In this document: positions 1 through 12,734 of the stretch, in pieces
Position numbering within the stretch: position 1 is the first letter of the stretch
How the letters are laid out: each line of letters begins with the position of its first letter
Origin: Phoronis australis
Lineage: Eukaryota; Animalia; Phoronida
Length of the DNA stretch: 64,000 nt
Direction of reading: 5' to 3'
Assembly: GCA_002633005.1 (NCBI GenBank)
Contig: NMRA01000068.1
Coordinates: 823,092-887,091, forward strand
The notes under the pieces: model-generated
The model's input: only the letters and a program-made list of their open reading frames with translations
Database searches by the model: none
Told to the model about the DNA's origin: nothing
Made by a program: the position numbers and the translations under genes

Positions 1-697
1 CCAATTGGATATGTGCAGTGAAAGATTATTTGGATCCATGTTGCCACAGCAAAGGGCTTGGAAATTTGGCACTGCTATATTGTCAGTAGATTTGTAAACT
101 GCACGAAAAGAAGGTAACTATATAACATGGAAAGACTCATTGGCAGCCCTTGGACTATGCCTGCCAGAATAACAGCAGCATTGAAAGTTGATTCTTTCAG
201 AAGCGAGAACCGTTAAAAGCACTTTAACTTCTTGGTTTATAGGTTAGGATTTTATGTGCGCAAACTAATTTGCACCTGATAGGTTGTTTCAGTACTCAAA
301 CATCTCACAGACATTATGTAGTCCATGTTTTGGTCTCACCTGTTGCAATAAGCATTAGTATAACAAAGAAAAGATGTAGACACTGCAATGGTGTATTTTA
401 TAAACAAAAGTGCGAAAGACTGTCAAATAACTTCAAAATGGCTGAAAAGTTTCAAATATTTTAGTAAAAATCTACATTGTTATACATTAAAACATCTGGC
501 ACGAGCCTGGACTCATTTTTTGTATGGGGCTTATGCTTTTGTGGTCAGCCACCCATTCTCTGAAGTCAGTGTATTGATACATTTTGATAGTAATTTGGAT
601 TTGACATCCGAGGAAAAGTGATCCAAAGTTCACCAATGGGATTTCTTCCTGATGCTTGCCATTGTCATGTGAATTCTTACCATGTCTATCATTACAG

Positions 698-902
698 TGC
701 CTATGGTGAGAGCATTTTCCTGGCTATACAGAGTGTGCTGATCATGTACCTGGTACTGGTGTACCGTGACCACCTGGCGGGGGCCGTAGCGCTAATAGCT
801 ACCTACCTAACGGTTCTGGCCTTCCTCACCTCTCCTTATGCTCCAATGGAGCTTCTGGCTGCGATGTCTGCTGGTAACATATTCATTGTTCTGGCCAGTC
901 GG
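698..902 (+). CDS. MPDU1: Mannose-P-dolichol utilization defect 1 (PQ-loop protein), penultimate coding exon; upstream exons lie outside the window
   Basis: Acceptor attacag|TGCC at 697/698, donor CGG|gtgagt at 902/903. Translates (S)AYGESIFLAIQSVLIMYLVLVY...IFIVLASR; the SAYGE motif followed by TM helices is typical of MPDU1/Lec35. Confidence 0.9.
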
Positions 903-1147
903 GTGAGTGCGCAGCCCATTCTAGTTCCTTGTAATCTTCTGCAATTTTCTGATATTTTAAACATCCACTATTATCTGTGACCAATGTTAGAAAACTTTTT
1001 TTCTGTGTATTGATTATAGTTCTTTTTTTTCACATTAATTTTAAGAATGGCGAAAAAATTAGTTGGGATGGAAGGACTTTTAAGTGTGTTAAATTTTGTG
1101 GCTGTGCCAAATACAATAGTAGTTGCAGTATTTCTGTTCTATTGCAG

Positions 1148-1372
1148 GCACTGCAAATTATGGATAACTTGAAAAACAAGAGTACTGGACAGTTGTCGGT
1201 CATTACATGGTTTCTTCTGGTCGCTGGTGCAGCTGCCCGTATTTTCACTTCTATTCAAGAAACTGGTGATGTACTGGTCATTGTTACTTATGTCGTTAAC
1301 ACTGCGTGTAACGCATTAGTGTTTTTCCAAATTCTATATTACGGAGAAGGCAAGCGAACAAAGGCTGAGTGA
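1148..1372 (+). CDS. MPDU1: MPDU1 last coding exon
   Basis: Acceptor ttgcag|GCA, phase 0 matching the previous exon. ALQIMDNLKNKSTGQLSVITWFLLVAGAAARIFTSIQETGD...FFQILYY* carries the MPDU1 'TGQLS' and 'ARIFTSIQETGD' signatures. AATAAA at 1741-1746. Confidence 0.93.
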   Translation, partial: ALQIMDNLKNKSTGQLSVITWFLLVAGAAARIFTSIQETGDVLVIVTYVVNTACNALVFFQILYYGEGKRTKAE

Positions 1373-1950
1373 AGTGTTGGGTGACAGTTGCGAATTTGTG
1401 TCACAGTTGAGTGGATGATTTATTTTCGGGGGTGTTTCTGACTGTTTTGATTCACAGTCATTAGTAAGTGTCGGTCAGTACCAATCCAGTCTCAGTTGGT
1501 GCTCTGTGTTATCCAAAAACATATTCATTTTATCACAACTTAATTTTAAAGCTGTTGCATTATTTACTTGCCATGTTTTACTAAAATGCACTCTTTTTAG
1601 TGGGAAATGTAAACAAGATCCTTCATAATTATGTTGGATATATCATGAAATGTTGTTATTAATGAAAACAGTAGGAATTGAGTGTGCTGTGTGCTGGGCA
1701 TGTCCACTCTTATATATAATTGAGACCAAGAATCTATGCAAATAAAACCTTTTATTGGAAAACATAATTCAAAGGCCTTACATTATTCACAGAAAAAAAC
1801 AGTGGTACTCCATGGTTGGAGATATGCTGCACTTACAGTGCATTAAGTGGTTTGTGTTTGTAGTGGTTTAATATTTCAAGCTTGTGCCAGTTTTTTGTTT
1901 ATGTCCCACGCTGCATAGGCTGTGTCAAGAAAAATTACATGCTTTTAAGA

Positions 1951-2030
1951 GGGAACGGTGTAGCTGAGTGGTTTGAGCACTGAACTTCTGTTGGGGATAC
2001 CCAGGTTCAAGTCCTGACTAACACTCGTAG
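1951..2030 (+). mobile_element. tRNA-derived SINE head (degenerate)
   Basis: Pol III A-box-like TAGCTGAGTGG (1961-1971) and B-box GGTTCAAGTCC (2004-2014) at tRNA-like spacing, but no clean cloverleaf. Confidence 0.6.
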
Positions 2031-2880
2031 ACTATTGAGCTCAGTCTTTGTGAATGTATGGAAGTGCATTTACTGAGAACCTAGAAAGCAATTTCAGGGA
2101 GTGTGCTCATATTTAAAATAAATTTTTGTAGTAGTATGTCTTCTTGTTGAAGTATTTATTGAATTAATTCCATTCCATGGTGTTATCTTGTATGATTGTG
2201 ATTGCTGACTCACTGAATTAAAGAACTCAAACAAAGGGCTCTGGTCACCCAAGACAAGAACCAAAACAATGGTTTTATGAAATATAGCGCTGCATGCGAC
2301 TTTTAACAGCTACTGTTGATAATCTGCTTTTGCACTACTGCTATGTTTGCACATTTTCAACTTTAAAGCCTGTTTTAAATGTAAAAACTTGGTGTAAACA
2401 GTTCAAAACAAATGCAGTTAATTATCAGTCACTTGTTTATTCCTTCATTAACTATTTTCTGGTGTATCGAAAAAGGGCTTCTAGATTTCTTAAGTTCAAA
2501 TGGTTTTATCCTCAAGAATTTTGCGTTTTTAAAACTTCGCGTTGTAAGTAAGGTATGGTGAATTGTTTATAGAATAGTTTATATGAATTTTGTCTTCTTG
2601 CGTTTTGATGTGACACCAAACTGAATACTGCTGGTTAAAAAATAAATATGCAGACAGCTAAATGAGGAAATATATACATGATACGTAAGATCAGTACATT
2701 GTATCCTCATATTGGCACAAATGTATTCTACAGTATGGGGGGGCTACACGCCAAAAGTTTTCAGGCAAAATGACCCAGAATTCCCATCATGGTCAGATTG
2801 TCCTTCCCTCATGACCGAGAAGGAAAGAGAATTAACAGCTCAATAAGTAAGGTGAATACAGTTAATATGTTACGGACATA

Positions 2881-3136
2881 AGGCCAAAAAAGCAGTTTCT
2901 TCTGGTCTTTGTTTTTTCAGTGATGGTGGTCACTTTCAAAAAAAGAAAATAAATGCCAGACCACAAAATTGATGTGGGATTTTTTACTCCTCACTTGGAA
3001 AATCATGACATTTGAAACTTAACTTTCCTTTTGCGCCTTTATGGAGCTTTTCAAAAAAATACAAGCCCTTGGCTGAAATTGATGTGGGAGGGTGCTTTTT
3101 TGGGGTAAATACCTGAAGCGACTGCTTTTTTGGCAT
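2881..3136. mobile_element. Short MITE-like element
   Basis: Perfect 14-bp inverted repeat GCCAAAAAAGCAGT (2883-2896) / ACTGCTTTTTTGGC (3121-3134). Confidence 0.55.
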
Positions 3137-6100
3137 TTTTACAATTAAAAAAATTAGCCACCATGACGGGAAATGATTTTGTCTGATTACTTTTGTCCTG
3201 TTGTATACATTTTACAAATATGGATTAATCCCAGGGGTAACAGGTCGTGTGGACTAGGGGAGAACAATGTTGTTGGGGATGTAAGGGTACTCCAAGGTCC
3301 ATATGATCTAAACATGCTTGAAGGATATTAGTTATTGGTGATTTTTAGTCTGATGTGTTCATGTCATTAGATTTACATGTTTTACCTGCTTTGATGTATG
3401 GTTTTGCTCGCTTTTTACATGGTCAGGGTTTTATGGTTTCTGCAGGCTGTAATTGGTTTGATTATGAATAGAAACATCTGATTTTGATATTCTATAGCTA
3501 CTAGCCAGTTGGAATCACATCTTTACAGAAGTTTTAACTGCTTTGTATATAGTTTGGGAGCTAAGATTCACATGACACTAGCATTTACACAATCATGCAA
3601 CGTTCAAGGCAGCTATGTACGATTGTACTCACTGATGGTGTGTTGTTTTAAGCAGGTGATGGGTGTTAACCTGGATGAGTATGTTTACAAATTAACGATT
3701 CCTGTTCTTGTCAAAAATGTGGGAGTAAAAATACAACAGATGACTGGCTATTTTCAAAATAAAGAAGTGGATACTGTCTGAAAAATGCTGGTTTTATCTT
3801 CTCAAAGCAAAGTGTTCAGGCAGGGAGGGAATGATACTTAATTGTGCCGCCGAATGTTCATGTGCTTAGTATTGGTGATTGACAATAGTATAGGTCAGGT
3901 ATAGTTAACAAAAACAAACTACTGAATAGAAGTATAATATTACCCATTTATTACATGACAATGATAACGTAACAAACACAGAATATATGGGTATGCAACG
4001 AGGCAGAAAAAGTTGAAAACTTACACAAGGCATGCTACACTTTCACATTAACACCTGAGAGACACTGCTCATTTTACAGGGGTAAGGGGGAGAGAGAAAA
4101 AATCACAAACCATATACATGGCTAAACCCTTTAACTACACATTATATTACACTGTGCATTGAGATGCATTTTGCAATTGTTTACAAGGGCACAAAGCTAC
4201 AGGCATCAAATTTACAGCAGCCTAGTTCTTTAGTTAAGGCAATATAGGTCAAAATATTTTTGTACACATTCCACTATTAACCCTGAAATTATCTAACCAA
4301 CACGAAAAATACAAGTCACAGTACTTAAACCCGTCTTAAGTAAAAAAACTATTTAGTTGAGTTACTTGTTGGTCATAACTCCTACCTTACTTGGATTAGA
4401 GACTATAACTGGCCTTGGAAAGAACTGACCGTTGGTTCTTGCTAGAGATCTGACTCAGTTAGATGGCTTGTCATGGCATGTCTATGTGCCAAGCAGGCTC
4501 TTGAGCATTACCGCAACTGTCGGTTCTTCCATAAGCCGAGATATTATTCCTCATCTGAGAAAGGAAAAGTTGAAGCCAATTTTATCATGTCAGAAAGCAA
4601 ACAAAATCGATTAAGTTTTTGACAGCCAAAGGCCGCTTTAAGTAACGTTGATACTTACAATACCACAGATGTTGAAAAAAATAATCACTGATAAAAATCG
4701 TGAAGTTAACGAAAGCTCCAGGAACCAGCAAAAACTGCATGATCAATTGAACAAAAATTCTTAAGAATAGAAAAACAAAATGATAATGTAACCATGTATT
4801 AGCACTGAATAACTCGTTAGATATCACACACACATTTCAACCAAAGGACAGCGTTTTCGATTTTATTAAATTTTGTCTTGACTACACACAATTACCAATA
4901 TCGAACAAAGACGTTCTTGGATTGTTCAGAGCTCACTAGAACACGTATGAATTAACAGTATATTTGCTCCAGCATAAATTCCAACAGCTAATAAGGATCA
5001 GGCGTACACACCACCAAACCTGAATGAACCACGCTATTTGCTAATGGGGTTCACTCGTATCGTAGGTATTCATAAAGAACTGATGCATCTACACTAAAAT
5101 GGTATTGAGCTGTGGCATCAAAACCAGAACATTAATAGCTAAAACCTCCAAGTTGGGCTTATGGATTAAAAATAAACCAACAGCCAGAGTGTAATCACAA
5201 GAAAAAGCGATGGACAAACTTAGTACAAATCATGTCGACATAACATCAGAATCACCGGGCCTATCCATCCAAGCATAGAGGTAGTTAACGCCAAGTGCCA
5301 CCTTCGGAATGACTCGCACTCTCACAAAAGCAGTAATAACTGATTACAGTGAAACTATTCCACCTTCACCTACACATGGCAAAATGAAACTTATCACACA
5401 ACAGAAGTTTTCAAGGCCTATATTTTTGGTTTCACAAACCTAGCTAACTTGTCTCAGGGGCTAAAAAAATTTTAAAGTAAACTCACACTTGAAATTTACT
5501 TCTGCTAAATGAAGATGTACTGCTTATTTAAAGAAACTGTTATTTGCATGACCGGCATTCCACTATGCACCTAGTGTTCTCATCTCGAACAGGTTTTGCC
5601 ATCAGAGCACAGATTGTGGCCCAAAAGATTGCGCAAATAAATAGTGATAATAGGGGACGGCTATTGCCTGTCCAGTATGACCTGAGTTTGGATTTTCACC
5701 GGTAGTTTTGATCAAAGCTCACTCTTCAAATCCAGCACTGCACCACAACAGAATAAAATGTGGTAGTTTTTGTGCGAAAACACATCGACAAAATCCTCTG
5801 AAACACATGCAAATTAAACGTATGAGTGAAATTTTTAAAATTAAGTTGCTTAGAAAAAACATAAGTGAGATTTTGGCCTCCAGTCACAAAACTTATAAAC
5901 TTGTTTTGGATAGTTCAGTGCTCAATTTGAAGAGAAAACATTACATCAAAAATCATGAACATTCAACTAATCAAACAATACAACACAACTAACTAATTAT
6001 CAGCACATTATGGTGCGAGCTGGACCTTGTATTCTGAATGATGTAGGTCGGCCATGAGGCAGAGGACTAGTCTGCCAAATAGCAAATGCTCCAAGCAATA

Positions 6101-6251
6101 ATCCTACAATACTGAGTATCTTTTCCAGTTACTCACAATTAGCATAATACATCTATTTACACATAAAGATGGTTACTTTTGACATATATCCGGACAATAA
6201 TTAAATAATTTTTCTCATTCTCACCAGCTTCAGTACATACACGCGAGCTCG

Positions 6252-6283
6252 CACACACACGCACGCACACACACAATGCACAC
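6252..6283. repeat. Imperfect (CA)n microsatellite in the TFAP4 3' region
   Basis: cacacacacgcacgcacacacacaatgcacac. Confidence 0.7.
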
Positions 6284-6543
6284 CAGATTCATGACAAATA
6301 GTCACTAAATATAAATTTGAAAATATAATTTTGCTGTTCCTCTTCGATGCTATATAAGCAGAAGTAACTAAGTAATGCTATTTACAAAGAGGTTTTTAAT
6401 TTGACATTTGAATCGAGGAGTCTGATGCCAGATCGCTTGACGACACCTGCACGCCAGGTCAGACAGTCCAGCACTCTGTTTGCATTAGGCGTCAAGGACA
6501 GCCAGCTAAGATTGCACTGAAGGCAGGGCGACTATGGTCGCTG

Positions 6544-6954
6544 TTATGATGACTTCTGTACGATGACACCAGGCCGAGTGAAGAACTGCGGTGGTGGCGC
6601 TAGTTGAGCGCTTAGAGGGGCCTGGATAAGGTGCAGAGCAACAGGGAACTCCTGTTTTGGTAGAGGCAATGGGCCAGTGAATGAAACCGGTGAGCCGCGA
6701 CCGGAGCTCTCTGACTTCACATCGTCTTGGTCGCTCACAGTTGACATGGTGCTTTCACCTTCGGAATTTTGTGCGTCCTTGCTCTCACCAAGCGCTTGCT
6801 CCCCCTCCAGGTGACGTATCGCCTCAACAATAGTCTGCAAGTTACGACGAGACATGTTGCTCTGGAATTTGGTGCTGTTGGATTTTGGCTCATCGACTTT
6901 TGCTGTCTCATGTTGTATCCTTTGTAAGTAATGCTGGTGGCTGTGTGAGAGAGC
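6544..6954 (-). CDS. TFAP4: Transcription factor AP-4, exon 5 (last)
   Basis: Acceptor ttacag|GCT, 411 nt to TAA. Contains SRRNLQTIVEAIRHLEG, the conserved C-terminal TIV motif of AP-4/cropped. Confidence 0.93.
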   Translation of the reverse strand, partial: ALSHSHQHYLQRIQHETAKVDEPKSNSTKFQSNMSRRNLQTIVEAIRHLEGEQALGESKDAQNSEGESTMSTVSDQDDVKSESSGRGSPVSFTGPLPLPKQEFPVALHLIQAPLSAQLAPPPQFFTRPGVIVQKSS

Positions 6955-7617
6955 CTGTAAAAACAAGAAAATGTTGGGACTGAAGGGGGAGTTCAGAAAA
7001 TTAGTCTGCAACAATTTCCAGGGCATGAAGGGCAGGATCTCCCAATGAAAGATTCGAGGCCCACCAGCACCACTTTCAGCTTAAGTCTAGTGTTTTTTTT
7101 TAAAAAGCTGCAAAAAACACACAAGCAAGGTTTGAAATGCTGGACTTGCCAAGCATCAGCATAATTTTTTGTCGTCTCCGGTGGACTTCTGAAAAAGTGA
7201 GCAACTAAATAAACACCGCACCAATTGATTTAAAAAAAAAACGATCACAACTATGAATTTTTGGTCTTGTGTCACTCTTCAGAGTGTCTACTAGTGTCTT
7301 ACAAAATCAGTTACAAATTTCACAGAAAAACGATGTTCCTAGAGGAACAAGTACGTTTGCTTTTCATCCTGGGACTGTGTTGCTACACCAAAAGTGCAGA
7401 CAGTACCCACACATAGGTAACTAGTATGAATCAGAGCGCAAAATGTTTGGCCTCAGTCCAAAATGTCAAGGCAACACAGACACAAAATATGTAGCACGAC
7501 AGAATAAGTGAGAGAGGGAGAAAACAAATAGCAAGGTGTTTGATACAATTCAAGTAAAACTAAGGCACTGCCACAACAATGGATCATTTTTTTTCACTAA
7601 AATGTGCCGTGACCCAC

Positions 7618-7883
7618 CTCTTGAGTCTTCTGGAACTGTACATGGGCCTGAACTTGGTTAGCAATGTGGCGAAGGGGAGCAGCCAAGAGGTGTTGGCTGT
7701 GAGCTTGCTGTTCCTCAAGAATGAGACGAAGACGACGCTCATGTTCCACTTGGTACCGCAGTTCAGCAACCTCACGACGTAGCTCGTCCACAACAGCCAT
7801 GCCAGAGGTTGGCGTTGTTGTGGCGACAGAGGTGGCATCATCCGTCTCGGTGAAGTTCATGCTGATTCCCTCATCAGAAGATT
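7618..7883 (-). CDS. TFAP4: TFAP4 exon 4
   Basis: attacag|AATCT ... GAG|gtgggt, 266 nt (phase 1 to 0). ESSDEGIS...DELRREVAELRYQVEHERRLRLILEEQ (phospho-degron-like SDEGI plus second zipper). Confidence 0.92.
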
Positions 7884-10800
7884 CTGTAATGGTATAAAGA
7901 AGACAATGAATTGTTACCTTCTCCACTGTAAGTTATCAGTGCCTTGTGTTCAAAGTGTTCATCAGAGGCAGCATTTTCCCATTATTTAACACAACTACCC
8001 TAAAACAGACACATGTCTTAATGAGTGCATACCTAGGACACAGTAACGAGCATGGGATGATGGGAGTCATTCGTTTCGTTTCTTGTTACCTTCCCGTATT
8101 TTTCATAGATAAAGGTACCACCGTATTTGCTTAATTTTTCAAAGTACCGTGTTAATGATCTGTGCAAGTGATTTCTACATTGTTTTCATGGGCCACAATA
8201 TACATGGAACTCATTCATTGATCATTTCTCTCACAAAGTTACACATTGAACTTGGTCTGAAAATCGACATGAATCATCTGCAACCACAGATGGAATTAAC
8301 TCATGTGGAATGGAGTTGTGAACACTGACAGAGGCAGGCAGCCCAGCTGACTTATAGTCAGCTGATACGTATGTTTGTGATTTGAATCAGCCATAAGCCT
8401 GCAAAGGTGTCTCGTTCACACTGGAAAATCAATACATAATAAAACTAAGATCATGCATTATATAGTCTGAGGATTGAGACTGTCTGGGCATAATATCAGA
8501 GATAGAAGTCATGACAAACTTCTTCCAGGTTATTTCAGGTTTTTAATGCAAAGGTGGAGCTGATTTTGCTTCAGTGACAACAAAATGAAGATGCCAACAG
8601 AGAACACTATTAATCTTTAAATAATTTGATTTCCAGCTCATTTCTGTACTGGAACAAGTCAAATGATATCATGTGTGCAGCCTCAGACAAAAATTCTGAA
8701 AAGCTACCTAATGTTCATCACCTCCTCATAAGAAGTTGCAGAACTTCATAGTGAATGCCTCTCAACTAAAACTAGGAAATCTGACCAAGGTGGTCTCATA
8801 ATTCAAACATCACCCACAACATATGATAATGGTGGGAACTTGCAAAATATCTGGTTCATTTATTTGTGGCTTCAAGAAAAACATGTCAACTACCATCATA
8901 AATATGCATGGCTTTATCTAAGTCTGACCTGAATTTCAAAATAGACTATTTACCAAGTAATCAACTTAACTGTGGGAGTAACCTGATATTAAAATGACCA
9001 GCCAGCATCAATCATGTCTGCTCATTTAAGGTGACTAGTAAACTGGGTCGCCAGGAACTGGGTAAACAACCTTCTTGGCAAGGTTTAACTACAAATGAGA
9101 CTTCAGGGCAGACACCAAATAGGCACTAGTCAACAGTACTTTCGATACACCTCAATAATTCTCCTAACCATGACATCTTTCTATTCAGCAAACCATATTA
9201 AAAAATATTACTGAATCCCAGTTGATTTTCAGTCGTGGCATATCCTGCCCTAGGAAATCTCTCCCTTCAACTGAATCTAGTATATGCTCCAGAAAGTCAA
9301 AACCTTCAATTCTTATCAATTATCACAACGACCACGAGTGTTTTTCAGTGCTTTTTGATCTAAAATTCACGACTACAAAAAATCCAATTTCCCGTAACAT
9401 AAAAGCAAACCCAACACAATACCTAAAGAACTCAAGATGAAAAAATTTTAAATGGCTACCCAAAGAATGAAATACTCGCCCACAGCAATTCCTGAGACAA
9501 CAACATGTCAACCCTTGTGACAGAACTTCGTGTCCTCAACACATTTAAATCTTTTGAACATTCTTGAAATGTTAACTGCAGGCAATACATATAAAGAGTG
9601 AATCTAAATCAATGAGAACACTTTCAAGTGAATTTATAACAAAATTGAATAGAAATTAATATGTCTAAACTTTTCTTCAAAGTTATCTGTGCCAATGAGA
9701 GACAGAGATGTCACACATTTTACCAAGTCGTGACGTGAAAATGTTTTTGAATTAGCTCATCCGGTTTAAGATCAAATATTTTGCAGCAAGGTCTTGTGCT
9801 GTCTCACTGAAAACTAAATCTGCAATCCAGTTGTCAAATAAAGTGTGTTTACAGTCATGTCTAGCCTCGGTGTCGGTTTTGGAAAGTGGCCAAGCAATCC
9901 CAGCTATCATACAGAGGAGACAAAGAGTTTCGATTGTATAAAAGAGGACAAGCGAATTTGTGTATCAGAAAAAAACAAGATCACAGTAACTACATCGAGA
10001 ACTGCAATTTGGCAGCATTTCATTTTCAAACTGATCTTACCATACCCTGTCAATTATCTTCACGTGGGAAATGTAATGCTCAGCAGCAGTGTACCCATTT
10101 TCACCGGAGACTTAGGGAATTCAGTGTAACTGTTAAGACTGTTAAATACTTGATTATTCAGCAAAAATCGTGAGGGTGTGTACATCATGAGTACACTGTC
10201 GATGTTGTAAAACAAGAACCTTTACAATAATTACACAAGTTTCTGCCAGTCAAGCGTGCAGACATACAGTAGAAATGTCACAAGTTATTGCTAAGTTAGG
10301 TTCACAGCTGCTGCAATTGGTTCACTTCTGAAATTACAGGGTCTGAATTTTAAAACTTAGACTATGTCCCAATAACACTCCATCCACGAAAACAACTGTT
10401 ATCAGTTGACCAATAGCACATCACAGGACCGTTGACCTGCATACTTTTATCAATGGCATACAGTCAGCTGCTTTGACCTACTTTAGGCTCACCAGAAAGT
10501 AGTCCCGCCTGTTTGGCAGCCAGCCAACTCATGTGATATGGTCTGACTGGCTAGTCATATGTGTTATCTCCCTTGATGTCATTGTGTGAAGAGACCATTA
10601 ATTTTGTATGTGTGGAGTACAGGTTCAACCAGTGGCTTTTGGTGTGAATTCCAGACAGAATTATGTGACCAAATTTGTAATAGCATTAGAATTTAAACAT
10701 GTTCTTAATGCAATAAGATGTTTCAGTAATTCTGATAGGCAGAAGTACAAAAGCTATGATTTGGAGGTTAGGAGCGTCACCTTGTTTTTATTTTGAGTTC

Positions 10801-10983
10801 AGAAACATTACAACACAACTTGGTACAATCGACACCACACTCATTTAGTTTCAAGCTGAAAAAAATGTAGTTAAAGCTCACTGGAGCACAAAACGTGTTG
10901 AAAAGAAAACTTGCAACCAAAAATTCCAAAACACAGCACCACAATTTGAAACTTATTTTTAGTGCAAATCAGGAAATTCTTAC

Positions 10984-11152
10984 CTGTGTCACGCTTCCTT
11001 CTCTTGGGGAGAGGGGAATCTTTTGAGGACATTTCTAGGTTTCCTGTGGCCTCACTGAGCATACGTTTTAGTTGGAGATTTTGAGCGATCAGTCTGTTCT
11101 TTTCTTGTTCAAAATTCTGTATCACCTCAGAGGTCTGTTGTAAAATTGCAGC
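10984..11152 (-). CDS. TFAP4: TFAP4 exon 3 (helix 2 + leucine zipper + NLS)
   Basis: ttcag|GCT ... ACAG|gtaag, 169 nt. AAILQQTSEVIQNFEQEKNRLIAQNLQLKRML...SPLPKRRKRDT. Confidence 0.95.
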
Positions 11153-12533
11153 CTGAACAAAAAGACAGAAAAATTTGAATGTGAAACGCAGTTTGAGCTT
11201 TGCTTTCAGTAACTTTTTGCAAGCATTAAACTAGTGCACTCCATTCTATAAGGTAAAGTGCATGGGAATTTATGTTACCGTAGATTACATATTGACTTTC
11301 ACAAGTGTTATTAAATTATGCGATCGTTATTCAGTAATGGGAAACAAATGGACAATGAAGGATAATGGCATCAGAGTAAAAATAATACGACCCTTGGCAT
11401 TTCACTGATCCTTATTCTACTGGACAATGAAAGCATGGTGGTAGTGAATAAGCCACACAGGAACCTGATATCAGAGAAAATAAAATGCACTTTTTAAGAA
11501 GAGCTACAGGTTGATGTTTGGTGAATGGGTCATTCACACAAATCCTCCAGTGTTTGGCAGCAAGTGTAAAGCTTATGACTAATGAATGGGGCTATTCATG
11601 CCCAGGCTGTTATCTCACAGCTCTGGGGCACAGACACTCCTACTATAGTAGTAATTCAATACAAGAAAGCTGTAAGCATGAGAGAACCCCTTTAGAAGTC
11701 ATGAACAGACATCCAACCAGCTAAAGTGGGATGGGCTTAGAGGGTTTTGGTCACATGGCAACCAGGTGAGACAGCAGCATGTGGTCAATCCCCTGCCACA
11801 TGCTAATATAGCCATAAAAATGGTGGTCAGCTGGACCAATCCCTTGTCAGCATTTACAGGCCAGTGGACTCAGTGAAACAGTGTAAACACACAAGGAGGT
11901 CTTAGCAAGATGCAATATCTCCTGATAAGCCATACATACAAGAGGATTGGCCCATATTCATGATTGTATGCACTAAAATAGAACTGAATATTATCAGTAC
12001 TCTGGTTTCCTTGCGCCCACGTCTCAGACATGACACTGTTTGTTGTCATATATGGAAAGAAGAACAGTAGTAATGCTTGATAATGTGATGACTGGAATAT
12101 TTTTTCACATTTTGCTTGGTCAGTTCTAAATGGACTTAAAGGTGTCTCAGATTAAAAAGGAAACAACAGAAGAAAAACACACACACTCTGGTTGTAATTG
12201 CTACATCACAACATCCAATGTATGCTTGGGAAAAGGCAACTTCCTAAACAATGGCCAACGAGACATGACAGAGATCCAGTTGCTGAACAGAGATGTGTTG
12301 ACCTCTCACAAACTCAACAGCTGCAACTTGCACCCTAGTGACCAATGTATATTTGGGTCACCTGGCAGTAAGTCATTCACCCTGGTGTTGATGAGCCGTA
12401 CTCATCTTAGCCAGAGGAGAGATAAACATTAACACCTACAATGTACAGGTCTGTTATTTCCAGTCTTGAAGCAAAACAGCAATGTATCAATTGATGACCA
12501 GGGCCCAGTTTCATAAAAGTTATACACTGTATA

Positions 12534-12734
12534 CATGGGCGGCGCAGCACTGAAAAAAAAAATGGGGGACTATAGCCCCCCAGCCCCCCTGTGGTACACC
12601 TCCCAAAGACCATGGGTGCCGGAGCACTGAAAAAAAAGTGGGGGACTAAAGCCCCCAGCCCCCCTGTGGTACACCTCCCAAAGACCATGGGTGCCGGAGC
12701 ACTGAAAAAAGTCCCCTATGGTGCGCTGCACATG
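12534..12734. mobile_element. Non-autonomous DNA transposon with CATG termini, 5-bp TSD GTATA and an internal ~66-bp tandem duplication
   Basis: Starts CATGGGCGGCGCA, ends TGCGCTGCACATG. GTATA on both flanks (12529-12533, 12735-12739). Homologous to 33843-33961. Confidence 0.75.

Noticed and set aside
1951-2030. Functional tRNA gene
   Set aside because: A and B boxes are present but the acceptor and anticodon stems do not pair; better explained as a SINE head.
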